Of a stretch of DNA of 64,000 nucleotides, positions 22,943 through 35,580 are shown in pieces. Where the stretch lies: NCBI GenBank assembly GCA_000388065.2, contig KB932201.1, one strand, 5' to 3'. The stretch comes from Fonticula alba ATCC 38817 (lineage: Eukaryota; Protista; Nucleariida). How positions within the stretch are numbered: the stretch's first letter is position 1; every line of letters begins with the position of its first letter. The notes under the pieces were generated by a model, which worked only from the letters and a program-made list of their open reading frames with translations, was not told where the DNA came from and searched no databases. The position numbers and the translations under genes are program-made.

Positions 22943-25900
22943 ATGTCCTTGATGGACGCCGCTGTCGGTCCCAGCCGCCGGAAGGCGCTCCCCCTGCCTT
23001 CCCGGACCGTGTCTCTACTCCTGTCGGCTTTCCTGCTGGCGGCCTGCTTCTCCTTCTCGGGTGTCGTGGCCGACTCATCGGCCATTGACCACCTTGACGC
23101 CGCGTCCACATCTTTGCCGAGCTCCGGCTCCGGCCCTGGCTCGACTCCTGGCTCGACTCCTGGCTCGACTCCTGGCTCGACTTCCGGTTCCGGCTCCGCC
23201 CCCGGCTCCAGCTCCGCCCCCGGTTCCGGCTCCGCCCCCGGCTCCAGCTCCGCCCCCGGCTCCAGCTCCGCCCCCGGCTCTGGTTCCGCCCCTGGTTCCG
23301 CTTCCGGCTCCGCCCCTGGTTCTGGCTCGACTCCTGGTTCCGCTTCCGGCTCCGCCCCCGGCTCCAATTCTGCCCCAGGCTCCGACGTCCTCCGTGCGTA
23401 TCTCAATCCGTTGTCTCTCGATCATGCTCCTCATTTCCTGTTCTTTATTGACAATGTCTTCGGGTGTGAACCATAGTGAACGAGCCTCTCATCTTGGACT
23501 CCGTGCACAATGATCGAATTTTTGCTTTGGCCAACAGCAGCACCGTCCCTGGGGGGCTGAAGGCACATATTTCCTTGGCTCGGTCAATTCGCCGATCTGC
23601 TGCCAAGGGCTGGCCTGAGGGGATCGAGAACTATATCGATATTCCCCTGGACAACCCATTCGGCGGGGGCGGCAGCACTGGCGGCAGCACCAGCGACAGC
23701 ACCAGCGGCAGCACCGGCGGCAGCACTGGCGGCAGCACCGGCGGCAGCACCGGCGGCAGCACTGGTGGTAGCACCAGTGGCAGCATGCTCGGCTTCACCA
23801 CGCTTGGATCTCACGACACCGGCTTTTTCGCAGCCGCTACTCAGCAGGCCAGTAATGGGGTTGCCCTCTCAAGGGATCTTGCCCAAGTCCAGTCCGGTTC
23901 GACAACGGGTGATTTTAGCGGCCTGGCCAAGCTCTTGGCCAAGCAGTATTCGGTTCGTTACCCTTTCTCGGCCCTTTGCTGGACATCCGTCCCCGCAACA
24001 ATCCATCCTTTCAGGGTGCACCCTCTTCCTGACCTCTTGTCATGATGCCCTCCTCTGTCTCCCATTTCTTCGCTTCATCCACACAGGGTCTCATTGCCAT
24101 GTTCGCCATGAGCGTCCTCTTTGCCTTGATCTCCTTCCTCGCGGTGTTCTTCTTCCTGTTCCGCTGCTGCTTCGGCTGCTGCAATGGCAAAGGCAACGCC
24201 TACAGCAAGTCTCAGCGCGTTGTGGCTCTGATCATCTTCTCAATTGGCTCGATCCTCCTGGTGTACGGGCCAACTTCTTCTTCTTCTTCTCCTCCTCCTC
24301 CTCCTCTTCCTTTTGCCCTTCTTTCGGCGGTCTTTCCTCTCGTGGTACCACACCCGGACAATTCCGACAGGCCCCGGCCCCGACTTACCTCGGTTGTTCC
24401 CGTCCCGTGAATCCCCCCCATGCCAGTGCCTTCCTCTGTGTCGGCATTGCCGTCAATGCCATGATGGACCGCGTGCCATCCGATATCGACACCCTGGTTT
24501 ACGGCATTACGGACCATGTGACTGCCTTCCCGGATCGTGTGTTCCAAACCTTCGATGACAGCATTGTCCTGGTGAACCACACCCTGGACACCTCGCTGGC
24601 GCGCATCGACCTGGTCATGGAGAACCTCCTGGTGGGAAATGTTGGCCTCAACGACCCGAACACCTCGGCCCAGAGTGTGTCGGCCCTGATTGACGAGGTG
24701 GTGGAGGAGCTCTTCACGCTCGATGCCCTGGCGCAGGATCTCTACAACGACGCCATCCAGTACGACCAGGCGGTCGTCAGCATGACCAACCAGTACCGGG
24801 CCCTGCTGGACCGGACCTCGGTCACGCCCCCGGGTTCGGAGCCGGATGACATGCGCACGCTCAATGCGGACCTGGACGATGTCTACGTCCAGACGCGCAC
24901 CACCTGGCATGTGTCCGACACGCCGACCTCCTGCCAGGCCCCGCGGTACTATGTGGCCACGGTGTCCGATCCCGGGCAGTCGGTGCGCGATGACCTTGAG
25001 ACCGCCTTCGACAGCCTGAACCTCGGCCAGGTGGCCACTTCCATCCAGGCGGAGAAGGACCAGCTGCTGGGCGACATCCGGACGACCATCAACAATGAGA
25101 TTGCCCAGCTCCGGGTCACCTTCGGCGAGATGGTCACCGAGATGGAGAATATGGTTGCCGACATCCGCCTGAACATGGTCGACCCATTGGTGGATAGCGT
25201 CAATGGGATTGTTGATATTTATTCGGAGATTCGCACTGGCACCGTGGACGAGGCGCTGTCGATTCGGTACGTGTGCCATCGTTTCCCCCCCCCCCCCCCC
25301 GCCCCCCGAAACAGCTCCCCCCAAGGGGAGTCATGTACCTTGCCGTGTACTTGCACCTCCCCATCCCCTCCTCTCCTTTTCTCTCCCTCTCTCTTCGCTC
25401 TGCATTTTTCGCTGGACCAGCACACTGACCTTGCCACTTCTTCTTCTTCTTCTTCTTTTTTTCTCCCCACCCCTCCTCGTTCCCTCCCCCTGCTGACGCC
25501 CCGACACAGGTCCAAGGTTATGATTGCCTTCTTCTGCCTGCCGGCCGTGTGTGTCATCCTCTCGGTGCTGGGGCTGGTGCTGAAGAACCACTTCCTGATG
25601 AACTTCAGCATGTTCCTGGTGTTCCTCTTCAGCCTGATCCTTTGGATCTTCGGAACCGTCCACCTGGCCATCGCGGCTCTCGGTGGCAAGGCCTGCGATG
25701 TGGTGGTGTACTCGGATATCCCGCCGGTGGTTGATCAGATCTCCCCGGAGTTTGGGGATTATGCCCGCACCGCCATCCAGGCCATCGATGACTGCCTCGA
25801 CCCGCAGGCCAATGTGCTGGATATCATGAATATGACCGAGCTCATCGACCTGAACCAGTACCTGGACCAGTATGTCAGCGAGGCGGACATCCAGCAGGCC

Positions 25901-26656
25901 ATTGCCAGCTTCGACTTCTCCACGCTCTATGATGATCTGTCCTTCACCGGGGGGGTGGACTTCACCACGTACCTGTCCGACTCGGACGACATCATTGCCG
26001 ATGCGCAGAACGCGCTGCAGGTCTTCGGCCAGCTTGTGGAGGCCAACCAGTCCGCCGGCGAGGCCCTGGCCACCCGGGTGAGCAAGCTCCAGCAGGAGGA
26101 CCTGCTGACGTGTGTGGTGCTCGGCACGTCCACCCAGGCCGAGGCCCTGGACGAGCTCCTGGCCCTGGGCAACCGCATTGACCTGCTCAATGCGCGAACC
26201 GACCAGATCCTGGATGTGGACCATGCGGCGGCCACCACCCAGCTCGGGGTCCTGGTGGCTCAGTATGAGATCATCAAGGCCGAGATCCTGGGCCTGGCCC
26301 AGTTTGAGCAGGATGTCATCGCCCACATGAATGCCCTGACCACGCACACGGTCGACACCCTGGCCAATGATGTGGTGCCGGCCATCATGCAGGACATCAC
26401 CCAGCTGGTCAACACGGTGGAGGGGTCGCTCTGGTACCTGACCGGGTGCTACTGGGTCGGGCAGGATCTCAATGCCGCGCGCAACACCCTCTGTGTGTCG
26501 ATGGTGGGCTCCCTCGATGGGGTGTGGTGGACCGCCGGTGCCATCGGCTTCTCCTTTGCCATCTATGTGATTGGCGCCTTCCTGGCCGAGCGCCGGTGCA
26601 TTGGCGGTAACGCCGATGAGTCCAAGTCCGGCGGCGAGTCCTACGAGATGTATTAA
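22943..26656 (+). CDS. Prominin-like pentaspan membrane glycoprotein, ~1029 aa, with signal peptide and N-terminal G/S/P/T repeat stalks; exons 22943-23393, 23477-23952, 24087-24262, 24427-25266, 25510-26656
   Basis: Hydrophobic signal segment (VSLLLSAFLLAACFSFSGVVA). TM1 is followed by Cys-rich RCCFGCC, then TM2, a ~280-aa helical loop, a TM3/TM4 hairpin ending GGKACD, a second large loop (AIDDCLDP...) and GCYWVG..LCVSMVGSLDGVWW before TM5. This topology and Cys spacing match the prominin/CD133 family. Exons sum to 3090 nt, a multiple of 3. Confidence 0.72.
23123..23385 (+). repeat. Coding tandem repeats encoding (PGST)n followed by (GSxSAP)n
   Basis: About four 12-nt CCTGGCTCGACT units, then imperfect 18-nt GGCTCC(A/G)GCTCCGCCCCC units, in exon 1 of the prominin-like gene. 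Confidence 0.9.
23669..23785 (+). repeat. Coding 12-nt repeat encoding (GGST)n
   Basis: Imperfect GGCGGCAGCAC(T/C) units in exon 2 of the prominin-like gene. Confidence 0.9.
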
Positions 26657-27059
26657 GCCATGCGCTGAGGTGGCCCCCTGTTGTGGGTGTTCCTCTCTGC
26701 CCATGTGTGTCTTGTCCTTGTGTCCTTTTCCCCCTTCCTTTCTCCCCTTCTTCTTCTTCTTCTTCTTCTTCCGTTGGTGCGGTGTGTCGGCCCTTTGCCG
26801 CCGCCGCCGCCGCCCCGAGTGCACATCCCTGCGCCGGCGGCCAACATCCGAATATATATATATATATATATGTACCTGCTTGTCCGCCTTGCCGTGTTTC
26901 CCGCATTCACTTGCTTGTCTTGCCGTGATTCCCCCATTCACTTACTTGCTTGTCATGTGCAGCAACTTTGGCCGAGGCAGTGCCGTTGGGCCTGCCGCAG
27001 CACATTCATGGGTTGGCTCCCTTCTCATTCTTTTCACTGATGGCCGCACATCCACACAT

Positions 27060-27105
<46 letters not shown>

Positions 27106-27274
27106 CATACCACCAGGGGGGAGGGGTGTGGAGAGCAGGAAAGCCGTGCAATAGAAGAAAATAACACTCATACATTGACCATGCAAAAGAAGGGGAACAG
27201 CTCCGACAGCAGCTATGCAGGCAAACCCTGCCGCGTTGTGTAGGGGACCGCCGGGACTCTGTCAATGCATGAAC

Positions 27275-28064
27275 CTAGTCGCGTCTGTTCCGCTGGGGTT
27301 TGGTGGCTTTCTTGAAGAGGGCTACCCCGAAATCGATGACTTCCCGCAGGAGAGCATACGCTATCAGGATGGCTGCCAACACAATGAACAAGAAGATGAC
27401 GGCCCGGGTGAAGTGCGAGTCGCGAGCTGCGCACACCACCGGGGGGCAGGGGGGAGGCGAGACAAGTGCAGGGGGAAAGGGAGTGGGTAAGCGGCGGCCA
27501 AGGAGGGAGGAGAGCCGGAAGGAGGGGCACAGGGCAGGACGCACTGAAGCACTTGGCGGTGGTCGAGTTGCACGAGTCATTGGCTTCGAGGGGGGCCGAA
27601 CCGAAGCCGCCGGCGGAGGATGGCGCCGAGGGGACCGAGCTGGAGGAGGACCCACCCGGTGGCTTGCAAACAGTCTCGCACAGATCGGCCACCGTGCATT
27701 CGGAGCAGTGGCCAATTTCCACCACACGCGAGGAGAGATCCGGGCAGCCGCACTGACAGTACTTTTGGATCCCCCGGATGGCGGCCTTCTTCCCGGTAGC
27801 TGGCCCGCCGAGGGGAGCCATGGTCCCAGTGCCCAGGATAGCATTCTATGAAGGACCCACGGCCAGCAGCAGTGTCAGACTCTTGGTAATCGCCCACGAA
27901 GGAGGGAGGGAGAGAGGGTGGCGGAGGGCTGAGAGGAAACGCACTGCCTGCTGGTGCGGGACGCCAGTTGCCCGCTCGGCCACGGCCAGACCCATGAGCA
28001 GCGGCGAGAGGAGCAGCAAGAGGGCTACCAGCAGCCGAGAAACTATCGACGTAGGATGCCTCAT
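27275..28064 (-). CDS. Small Cys-rich single-pass membrane protein, ~190 aa; exons 28064-27945, 27845-27545, 27426-27275
   Basis: Signal peptide MRHPTSIVSRLLVALLLLLSPLLMGLAVA. The ectodomain has 9 Cys (YCQCGCP, HCSEC, LCETVC, SCN, KCF), followed by CFTRDS, a TM segment AVIFLFIVLAAILIAYALL and a basic tail. Both donors are GTGCGT and exons sum to 573 nt. Confidence 0.75.
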
Positions 28065-29283
28065 TGTGGAGGGGACCAGGAGAGCGGGACAACAGAGGGC
28101 GCAGGGGGAGATGGACAAAGGGCCGAGAAAAAGGGATGGCCAGTGACGGTGTTGGTGGCGAGAGGAGGAAAGGTGGGAAGACGTGACTGCATGCGCGTGT
28201 GCGCCGGAACCCATGGGGGTGCTCCCGAAGAACTTACCACTCACTCGCTCGGCCGGAGGCAGATGGGCATCACCACACACGCCGAAGCATGGCCAGTCTG
28301 GGATGGCGATCCTTCGGTGCGGATGGGCCACCGCGGGGGGGTCGATCGCCCTGCGTACCCAGACCCCCCGGTCAGCACCCCCCGCCCCACTCCGCCTCTC
28401 TCGCTCTCGCACACCTCTCTTCCCTCAAGCAGCCAGAAGCCCCCGGCAGCCAGGAAGGAGGGCCAAAAATAACAAGCACGCAGGAGCGGTGCTCCTGAAA
28501 AAAAAGAAGAGGGACGAGGTCAAGAACCGTGAGCCGCTGGGAGCCGGGCCAAGGGGCTGGCGGATGGGGGGGGGGTGGACACTGCCAAGAACCCCGCAAA
28601 AATACACACCCGGACAAGCCCGAGACAATCCACAGATGACTTGGGGGCGGGGGGGCAGGGAGGGCGACATCTACCGCAAGATCATGTGACACGGGCGCTC
28701 CCAGAACCGCTCTCTCTTCCCAGCCCAGCCAAAGTAGCGGCAATCCTTTTTGTGCAATGGCCCTCCATGCTGTCCGCAGCCAGGCGAGCAGGGTGTGGTG
28801 GATCTTCGCCCCCCTCCCCGCCGCGCCTATTCCCCTGTGTTTCCTCCTCGTCACGCTTGCATTTCCTCCGTCAAGCGGCGCCATGCGGCAGAGCCGCACA
28901 CAGGGGGGGTCAATCTGGCCAGCTCTGGGCATACAGGCCAATGGGAGGGGGCATGCTATTTCTAGTGTTATTTGAGTGGTGATAAAAGTACATGGCGTGG
29001 CGATCGAGGGGTGGAGGAGTGGAGTGGCGCTTGGCGGCCGGCCGCCGTCGACTGAGCGCAAAAGGGAAATCCATGTGCACATGCGAGAATGCGCGCGTGC
29101 GCGAGGCAGAGAGAGAGAGAGAGAGATAGATAGATAGATAGAGAGATAGAGAGGGTGGTCCAGTCCTTCATGCCGCCATCGGGGGTGTGCCGCTTCTCTG
29201 TGCACGACGCGAAGAGTCCCAAGGGACTGGCGTGAGAGATAGCAAGGAAGTTCGGGTCCCGAAGGAAATGCACGGAGGCTGGC

Positions 29284-30727
29284 TTAGTCCTTCGGCCGGG
29301 TGGCGAGGAGGTAGATGGAGAGGATGAAGATGAGGGCACAGAAGACACCGGCGCAAATGGCGAAGATCATCCACTCCTTCCAGATGAATGGGCACTGGTC
29401 GGCCGAGGCCAGGGGAGTATCGCAAACGAGCGCATCAGGGGCGGTGACTGGTTGGGTGTGGCCCCGAGAGTGGGGGGATTGTCAGCGAGGCGGGGAGAAG
29501 GGCCGGGGTATGGTGGAAGGTAGAGCGAGGAGAGACAAATGGACAGGCAGAGAGGGAGAGACAGGAAAAAACAAGCGGGAGATCGTTGCGCACAGTGGTC
29601 AGCATTGAAGGCGGCAATGCTAAAGCCGCAGTTGGTGGACGCGGCGGAGGCCGAGCCGGAGCCCGACACCGAGGAGCCCTCCTCCGGGCGACGAAGCATG
29701 ATGCGCACGGGCATGTCCCGAGAGCCGGACACCGCAGTGTCCTGGGCCGAGATGCGATAGTCCATGATGTCCTTCTCCGTCTCGAGAGACGGGTCGAGAT
29801 TGTAGCTGGGAGTGGGGGGGGGGAGAGAGAGAGAGAGAGAGATGGACAATGTAAGATGGAGAAGCAGCGACCGGGTGATGAAGGAAGCGATCGTGGCAGC
29901 GACGGAGGGCGACCCGGAAAGCCCGCGTCCCTTCCCTGGATGCCGACGTACCGGGTGGTGGACGGGCACAGGTCACCGATGTTGACATAAACCTCGTAGC
30001 CACTGATGTTGGTCAGGGTGACACCGAGTTTGATGGCAGTCAGCATGTTCGGATGCTTGTTCAGGGACCCGAGGATGAAGAATTCGCTACCGGGGGCCTC
30101 GCAGGCAGCCGGCGCGTGGGTGACGACACCACACGAGGGGACCGACCCGTGCTGGGACGATTGGTTCAGGTCATACCCGGGCAGGGAGGGGGAGGTGAAC
30201 TCCGTGGTGAAGGTGACGGTCACGGAGTCCTTGGGGAATTCACCGAGAGCGGTGGCCATGAACTGGGGAAGGCGAGGCGAGGAGGGGCGTGTGTGAGTGA
30301 CACCTTGGTAAGCGTGGAGGGGCCGGTCGACAGACACGAGGCACAGGGGTCAGCGCACCCGGCGCGATGAGGCTCCGCTCATGCCGACATCCCAGTGGGC
30401 GGGCTCAATGCGAAGCTTGGACGGGTCGGAGGAGGTGGCCACCACACGGACCGCCTCGGAGGGGGTCGTGGAGGAGGATACCAGGACGGGAATCGGCAAG
30501 CCGACAGGCAGGGTGTCACGCAGACCCTGCAGGGTTAGGCTCCCGAGGGCGGTGCCTGTTTGGGGAAGCGAGGGGGGGGGGGAGGGGGGGCAGGAGAGGT
30601 GAGCATTTGGAAGGGCATCAAGTGCGAGCAGAGCAGCGAGGTCGGGCAGGGGGGGGGGGGAGGGGAACGTACCCGCCACGAAGGCGAGGGCAAGGCAACT
30701 CCGGACGACGGTGGGCAGCAATTTCAT
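29284..30727 (-). CDS. Uncharacterised type I membrane protein, ~312 aa; exons 30727-30673, 30555-30359, 30262-29952, 29805-29594, 29447-29284
   Basis: Signal peptide MKLLPTVVRSCLALAFVAG, a beta-strand-like ectodomain with several Cys, C-terminal TM WMIFAICAGVFCALIFILSIYLLA and a 5-residue tail TRPKD. All four introns are GT-AG, in phase, and exons sum to 939 nt. The last exon frame is absent from the ORF track. Confidence 0.72.
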
Positions 30728-32439
30728 GGTGTGGAACAAAGGCCGAAGAGGAGAATCGGGGAGCAGGTGCGGTGTCTGCAGGTGCAGGAGAGTGCCCAGG
30801 TGGATGAGAGTGTGGGCAGAGGAGCAGGGAGCAAGAAAGGGGGAGGGGAAAGGGCCGACGGTGGGAGAGGAGGAGAAAGTGGGGTGCCGAGCTCCGCGAG
30901 GTATCGGCATGTGGAGCCCGGCGTGAAAAATCCCCTCTCTCTCTCTCTCCGGGGGCAGTGGGGGGGGGGGGAGGCGGGTTTACAGGCCCTCAGGATCCGA
31001 AGCGCGCAGGCATGTCCGGCCAGGCGTGGTCTGTTCTCACCGATGGACGGTGTGCGAGTGCGTCCGGGGGTGCGCGCCGGCGTGTGTCCGTGCGCCAAGC
31101 TGTGTGGTCGTCCGGGCGGCGAACCGCAAGCAGGCAATGGTAACAGCCAACGAAGGGTGGCCCCGCGCGCGCGTGCTCGCGCGCGCAGAAGTTCGATCCA
31201 CTCGGGTCCGTGCAGCGGCAAGAGACGGGGGGATCTCAGAGAGGCCAGCTTGATTTACACAGGGGGGAGAACATGCCGATGGCCCGGAGAGGGCGGCACG
31301 CCCGCCGAACTGGGCGGCTATGGTGCGGTCCCGGCTCCCCCCAACTCCAGCCAGGAATGATTGCGTGCGTGGGCCTCCTATTGACTCTCATGTGTTGGAG
31401 GAAGAGCCGGCGAGGGGGGGGGGGGATTTTGCGCCCGCACATGAGCCCTGCAATATGCATGTGTACGCTTACACATGGCCGGGGAATGTCGGTCTGGGTG
31501 GTTAACACTTGAGGTGTAAGAAGAAGGGCCAGCGAGACCCCAGGGGGTGGCATCACTGCCAGTGGGCCAGGGAGCCACAGAGCGAACCAGCGATCCCGAG
31601 CAGGTCGGTCTGTGCCCCCGAGATAAATGAGCCATCAGCGCGCCTGGCCTCTCTTCTGTGGCTTTCCATCCGAAGAGGAAGGGCCCCCCTCTCCCCTCTT
31701 CGGCTCTCGCTGGGCGGGCGGGAGAGGGTGCGTCCTCACGCCTGAAGGTATGTGCACATTTCCACATATTGACTGATATGGAAGGGGGGAGCACATCCGC
31801 CGGTAGGGCTTGGGCCGGGAAACCACAGGCAGGCCCCCGCCATCTATCCGCCCGCTCCCGCCCCAGGGGGAGGCAGCTTCTTTTCCCTCGGTTGAATCGG
31901 AGGGAGCCCCCCGGGGGGGGGGGGGGGGGCGAGGAGGACGCGCCCACATTTTCGCCATTCCCGCGCCGGAACAAGCAGGGCGCCAACAAATTGGCCGAGG
32001 AGGGCACATTTGTGTGTTCATTTTTGCGTTGTCGCTGCTGGATATTTCCCATGGAGCACCGATCTCCCTTTTTGGGCGCCTCACCGTTTGGAGAGAGAGA
32101 GAGAGAGAGACACAGAGAGAGAGAGAGAGAGAGACAGAGAGACAGAGAGACAGAGAGACAGAGAGACAGAGAGACAGAGAGAGAGAGAGCGCCGGGCCAA
32201 AGCGGTGTGAGCGCCGGGGGTGCCTCCCTGTCTCGACTCTTGCCCTGGAAATAGAAAGGGACAAAGAGGCACACGGGATGTGTTTGGCTGAACATCACCG
32301 CAGATGGTCATCTCGCCAGAAATCCCCATCCGGAGTATGGACAGCATATGTGGTTTACTGTTTATTTTAGGCGGGCGGGCACGAGAGGGAGCGTGTGCGA
32401 TTGGATGTGACCCTGGTAGAGGGCCATCGTTCTACACAT

Positions 32440-32502
<63 letters not shown>

Positions 32503-32712
32503 GGTGCATGGGGGATCAGGGAGTATGCAAATATCCTGATGTGCTTGAATGCGTGCCTGGGTGCTCAAGGCCTTTGTGCCGGCACGCGCGCACACAACAC
32601 CGGGGAGAGAGGTAGGGGCTTTTCTGTCCGTCTATTGTGGGCATGAGACAGACGCTGAGGGCATGAGGGCGAGAGGCAGGGTGGCCACCGGAAATACATG
32701 GGGGTCCCCCCG

Positions 32713-34222
32713 TTACAGGTTGAGCAGCTCATCATCGTCATTGTCATCGTCCATGGCGAGGGCCGACCGGACAGGCGCCTTGGCACCACCAGCATCGGAT
32801 GCGCCCCTACGAGTCTCAGCAAGGGCGGCCGCTGCGGCCAGGCGCTCGGTGCGAGTGACCTCCTCGCGGGCCTTGTTGGCCTTCTTCTTATCCTGGATCT
32901 TCTTCAGACTGGTGCGGCGAGAAGGGGGGNNNNNNNNNNNNNNNNNNNNNNNNNNNNNNNNNNNNNNNNNNNNNNNNNNNNNNNNNNNNNNNNNNNNNNN
33001 NNNNNNNNNNNNNNNNNNNNNNNNNNNNNNNNNNNNNNNCAGCATACCGGAAGAACTCCTCGCGATCCTGCTCATCGAGCTCGGACTTGATGTAGTTCAC
33101 GGTGTTCTCGATACGCGGGATAATGACGTGCTCGATGGCGTTGACACGGCGGTTGGTGAGCTTGATCACCTCGTCGAGGACCAGGAAGGAGGTCTGTGGC
33201 AGGCACGTCCCACGAGGAAGGGGGAGAGGGGGCGGAGGACATGGTGAGACAGGGAGGGCCAACGGGCAGGAAGTCGGGAGCAGCAGCCAGCCAGCCGCGC
33301 ACCTGGAGAGAAGCCAGCTCGATGAGCAGACGCGAGGCCTCGCGCCAGGCCTTCTTGGAGTTCTGGATCTGGGGACCACCACGACCGAGACCGGTGAGCT
33401 CGTAAGCTGATGGTCGAGCGCGGGGCCAGGGAGAGGAAGGAAGCGGAGATTGAGACAGGACGACCACACAAGGACGGGTCAGAGGAAGGTGAAATGATGG
33501 CACAGTCTGGGGACATGCACGAAGGGCGGGACGCACTGTCGGTGCCCTCCCAGAAGGTCTCAAACTGGGGGATCTGCACACCGGCAATGTTGTCAAGCTT
33601 GGCGCGGGTCTTCAGGGTGGCCTGGCCGGCAGACTGGACAATGGTGTTACTGGGATGCGGGGATGGTGGAGGAGACGGGCCATGGGGGAGAGAGAGAGAG
33701 AGAGGTCAGTGCCAGTGGGTGAGAGTATGTACACGCGCGCTTGCGCGTGGATGTGCGGAGAGGCGGGCGCCCTTCGCCCGTGCCTCGCACAGCATAGCGG
33801 GAACGGGGGAGGGAGAGAGGGAGAGAGGGCGGAGCATGGACTGACGCACCCGAGATCTGGGGCAACCAGGTTCACCTGGGCGAAGGAAAAGTGCGCGGCC
33901 TTCAGGATGTCACCCATGAGGGCCTTGCTCTCGATGATCTTGCGAGTAATGATGCGGAACTTGACGGTCAGGGCATCACTCTTCTTCTTGAGCAGGCCGT
34001 GACCGGAGCGGGCACCGCGCAGGCGGGCCTGCATGTTGGTCAGGGCCCTGAAGCCGACGGTCGGGGAAGAAAGGCACCCAGGGAGAGACCGGGGGAGGAA
34101 TGGGCCGAGAGCGGGGGGGGGGGGGACGCGGTCAGTCACAAGGGCGATACGACGGATGGGCGGACATCAGAAACATACATTCGCGTCGGGAAGACGTTCA
34201 GGCGAGCATTGCTGCTGGACAT
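32713..34222 (-). CDS. ATP6V1D: V-type H+-ATPase V1 subunit D, 266 aa; exons 34222-34179, 34047-33850, 33649-33537, 33406-33303, 33193-33048, 32908-32713
   Basis: Motifs [115 protein letters not shown]. Exons sum to 801 nt. The last intron contains an N-gap. Confidence 0.97.
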
Positions 34223-34920
34223 GGTGACGACTGTGCGGAAGGGGAGGGAGGGGAGGGAGGGTCAGGGCAGGGCCGATACCCAGGGGGAGACAGATGAACG
34301 AGAGGCTGCAAGAAAGGCAGTGAAGGCGCAGAGGAAACAGGTGGAGGGGGGGGGAGAGGAAGGGAGGGAAGGAGGAGGAGGCGAACAGGTTGGACGGGCG
34401 AAAGGAGGAAAGCAAGCGCCACAAGGGAGAGGGGTGCCAGGCACCTCGATCGACAGGGGCCGGGAGGGTGAGAGAAAAAGTGCGATGCCGGGACTCGCGT
34501 CGCAGCCGGGGCCCTCCCGCCCCCAAGAGTAGGGTGGCAAGGCCCCGGGAGCTGGCTGGAAATGGAGTCCCAGCGTCCCCCCCGCGGCACGCATGACTGG
34601 TCCCCCAGCCCCCCCCCCCCCCCGCGCAGTGGCCTGGCCCTCCACCGGGCGGCCCTGGCGCCTGGCGGCAATAATACCACCCTTGCAGGGGCCGGCTCCC
34701 AGCCAAGCGAGCGCCCAGGCCCAACGAGGTGCTCCGGTGGGGGGTGGCAGCTGCCCCGTGCTCGTCCAGTCCAAAGACCGGCGGCCCCCGCGCCGGCGCC
34801 CAGACGCCCCTCCTCTGGGGCCCATTGGGTTCGGCCGGCGTGCTTGTCCTTGTCCTTGTCTCCCTGTGCGGCCACCTAACTGGTGCCAGGGTCAAGCCCA
34901 GCACCCGGAGCCCTGCTTCT

Positions 34921-34975
<55 letters not shown>

Positions 34976-35416
34976 GCTGCTCACCCAGAGTGGGGCACGG
35001 CGCTGGTGGCTGAAGTGCCAACCAGATTCACTGGTGTCCGCGCCAAGGGGGATGGCAAGGGCAGTGGCGACAACCCTACAAGTGCCGAGAAGGCGGCCGA
35101 GCACGGGAGCGACTCCGTCGTTGGAGGACGGCCCTGGCACCTCCACGGCAACGGAGAGCCAGATAGGCGGGGTGGGCTGGGTAGAAAAAAATACGCCTCA
35201 CATCTTGTGGAGGACACCCCACGCACACACAGGGAAAGAGCGCGCCCCCTACCTTGGCCCCATCCCCGCCTGTGGGGGGGGGGGGGGGGNNNNNNNNNNN
35301 NNNNNNNNNNNNNNNNNNNNNNNNNNNNNNNNNNNNNNNNNNNNNNNNNNNNNNNNNNNNNNNNNNNNNNNNNNNNNNNNNNNNNNNNNNNNNNNNNNNN
35401 NNNNNNNNNNNNNNNN

Positions 35417-35485
35417 TGGGTCAATCCCCCCCCCCCCCCCCCCCCCCCCCTCCGAACTCCCCCCCCCTTGCCATCTCGTATGCCG

Positions 35486-35557
<72 letters not shown>

Positions 35558-35580
35558 CCCCCCCCCCCCCCCCCCCCCGA
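35417..35580. repeat. Long poly-C/poly-G tracts beside an N-gap (representative of many G/C homopolymer runs in the window)
   Basis: A poly-C run of roughly 70 nt at 35487-35556 and further runs nearby. A poly-G run abuts the gap at 35290. Confidence 0.9.
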
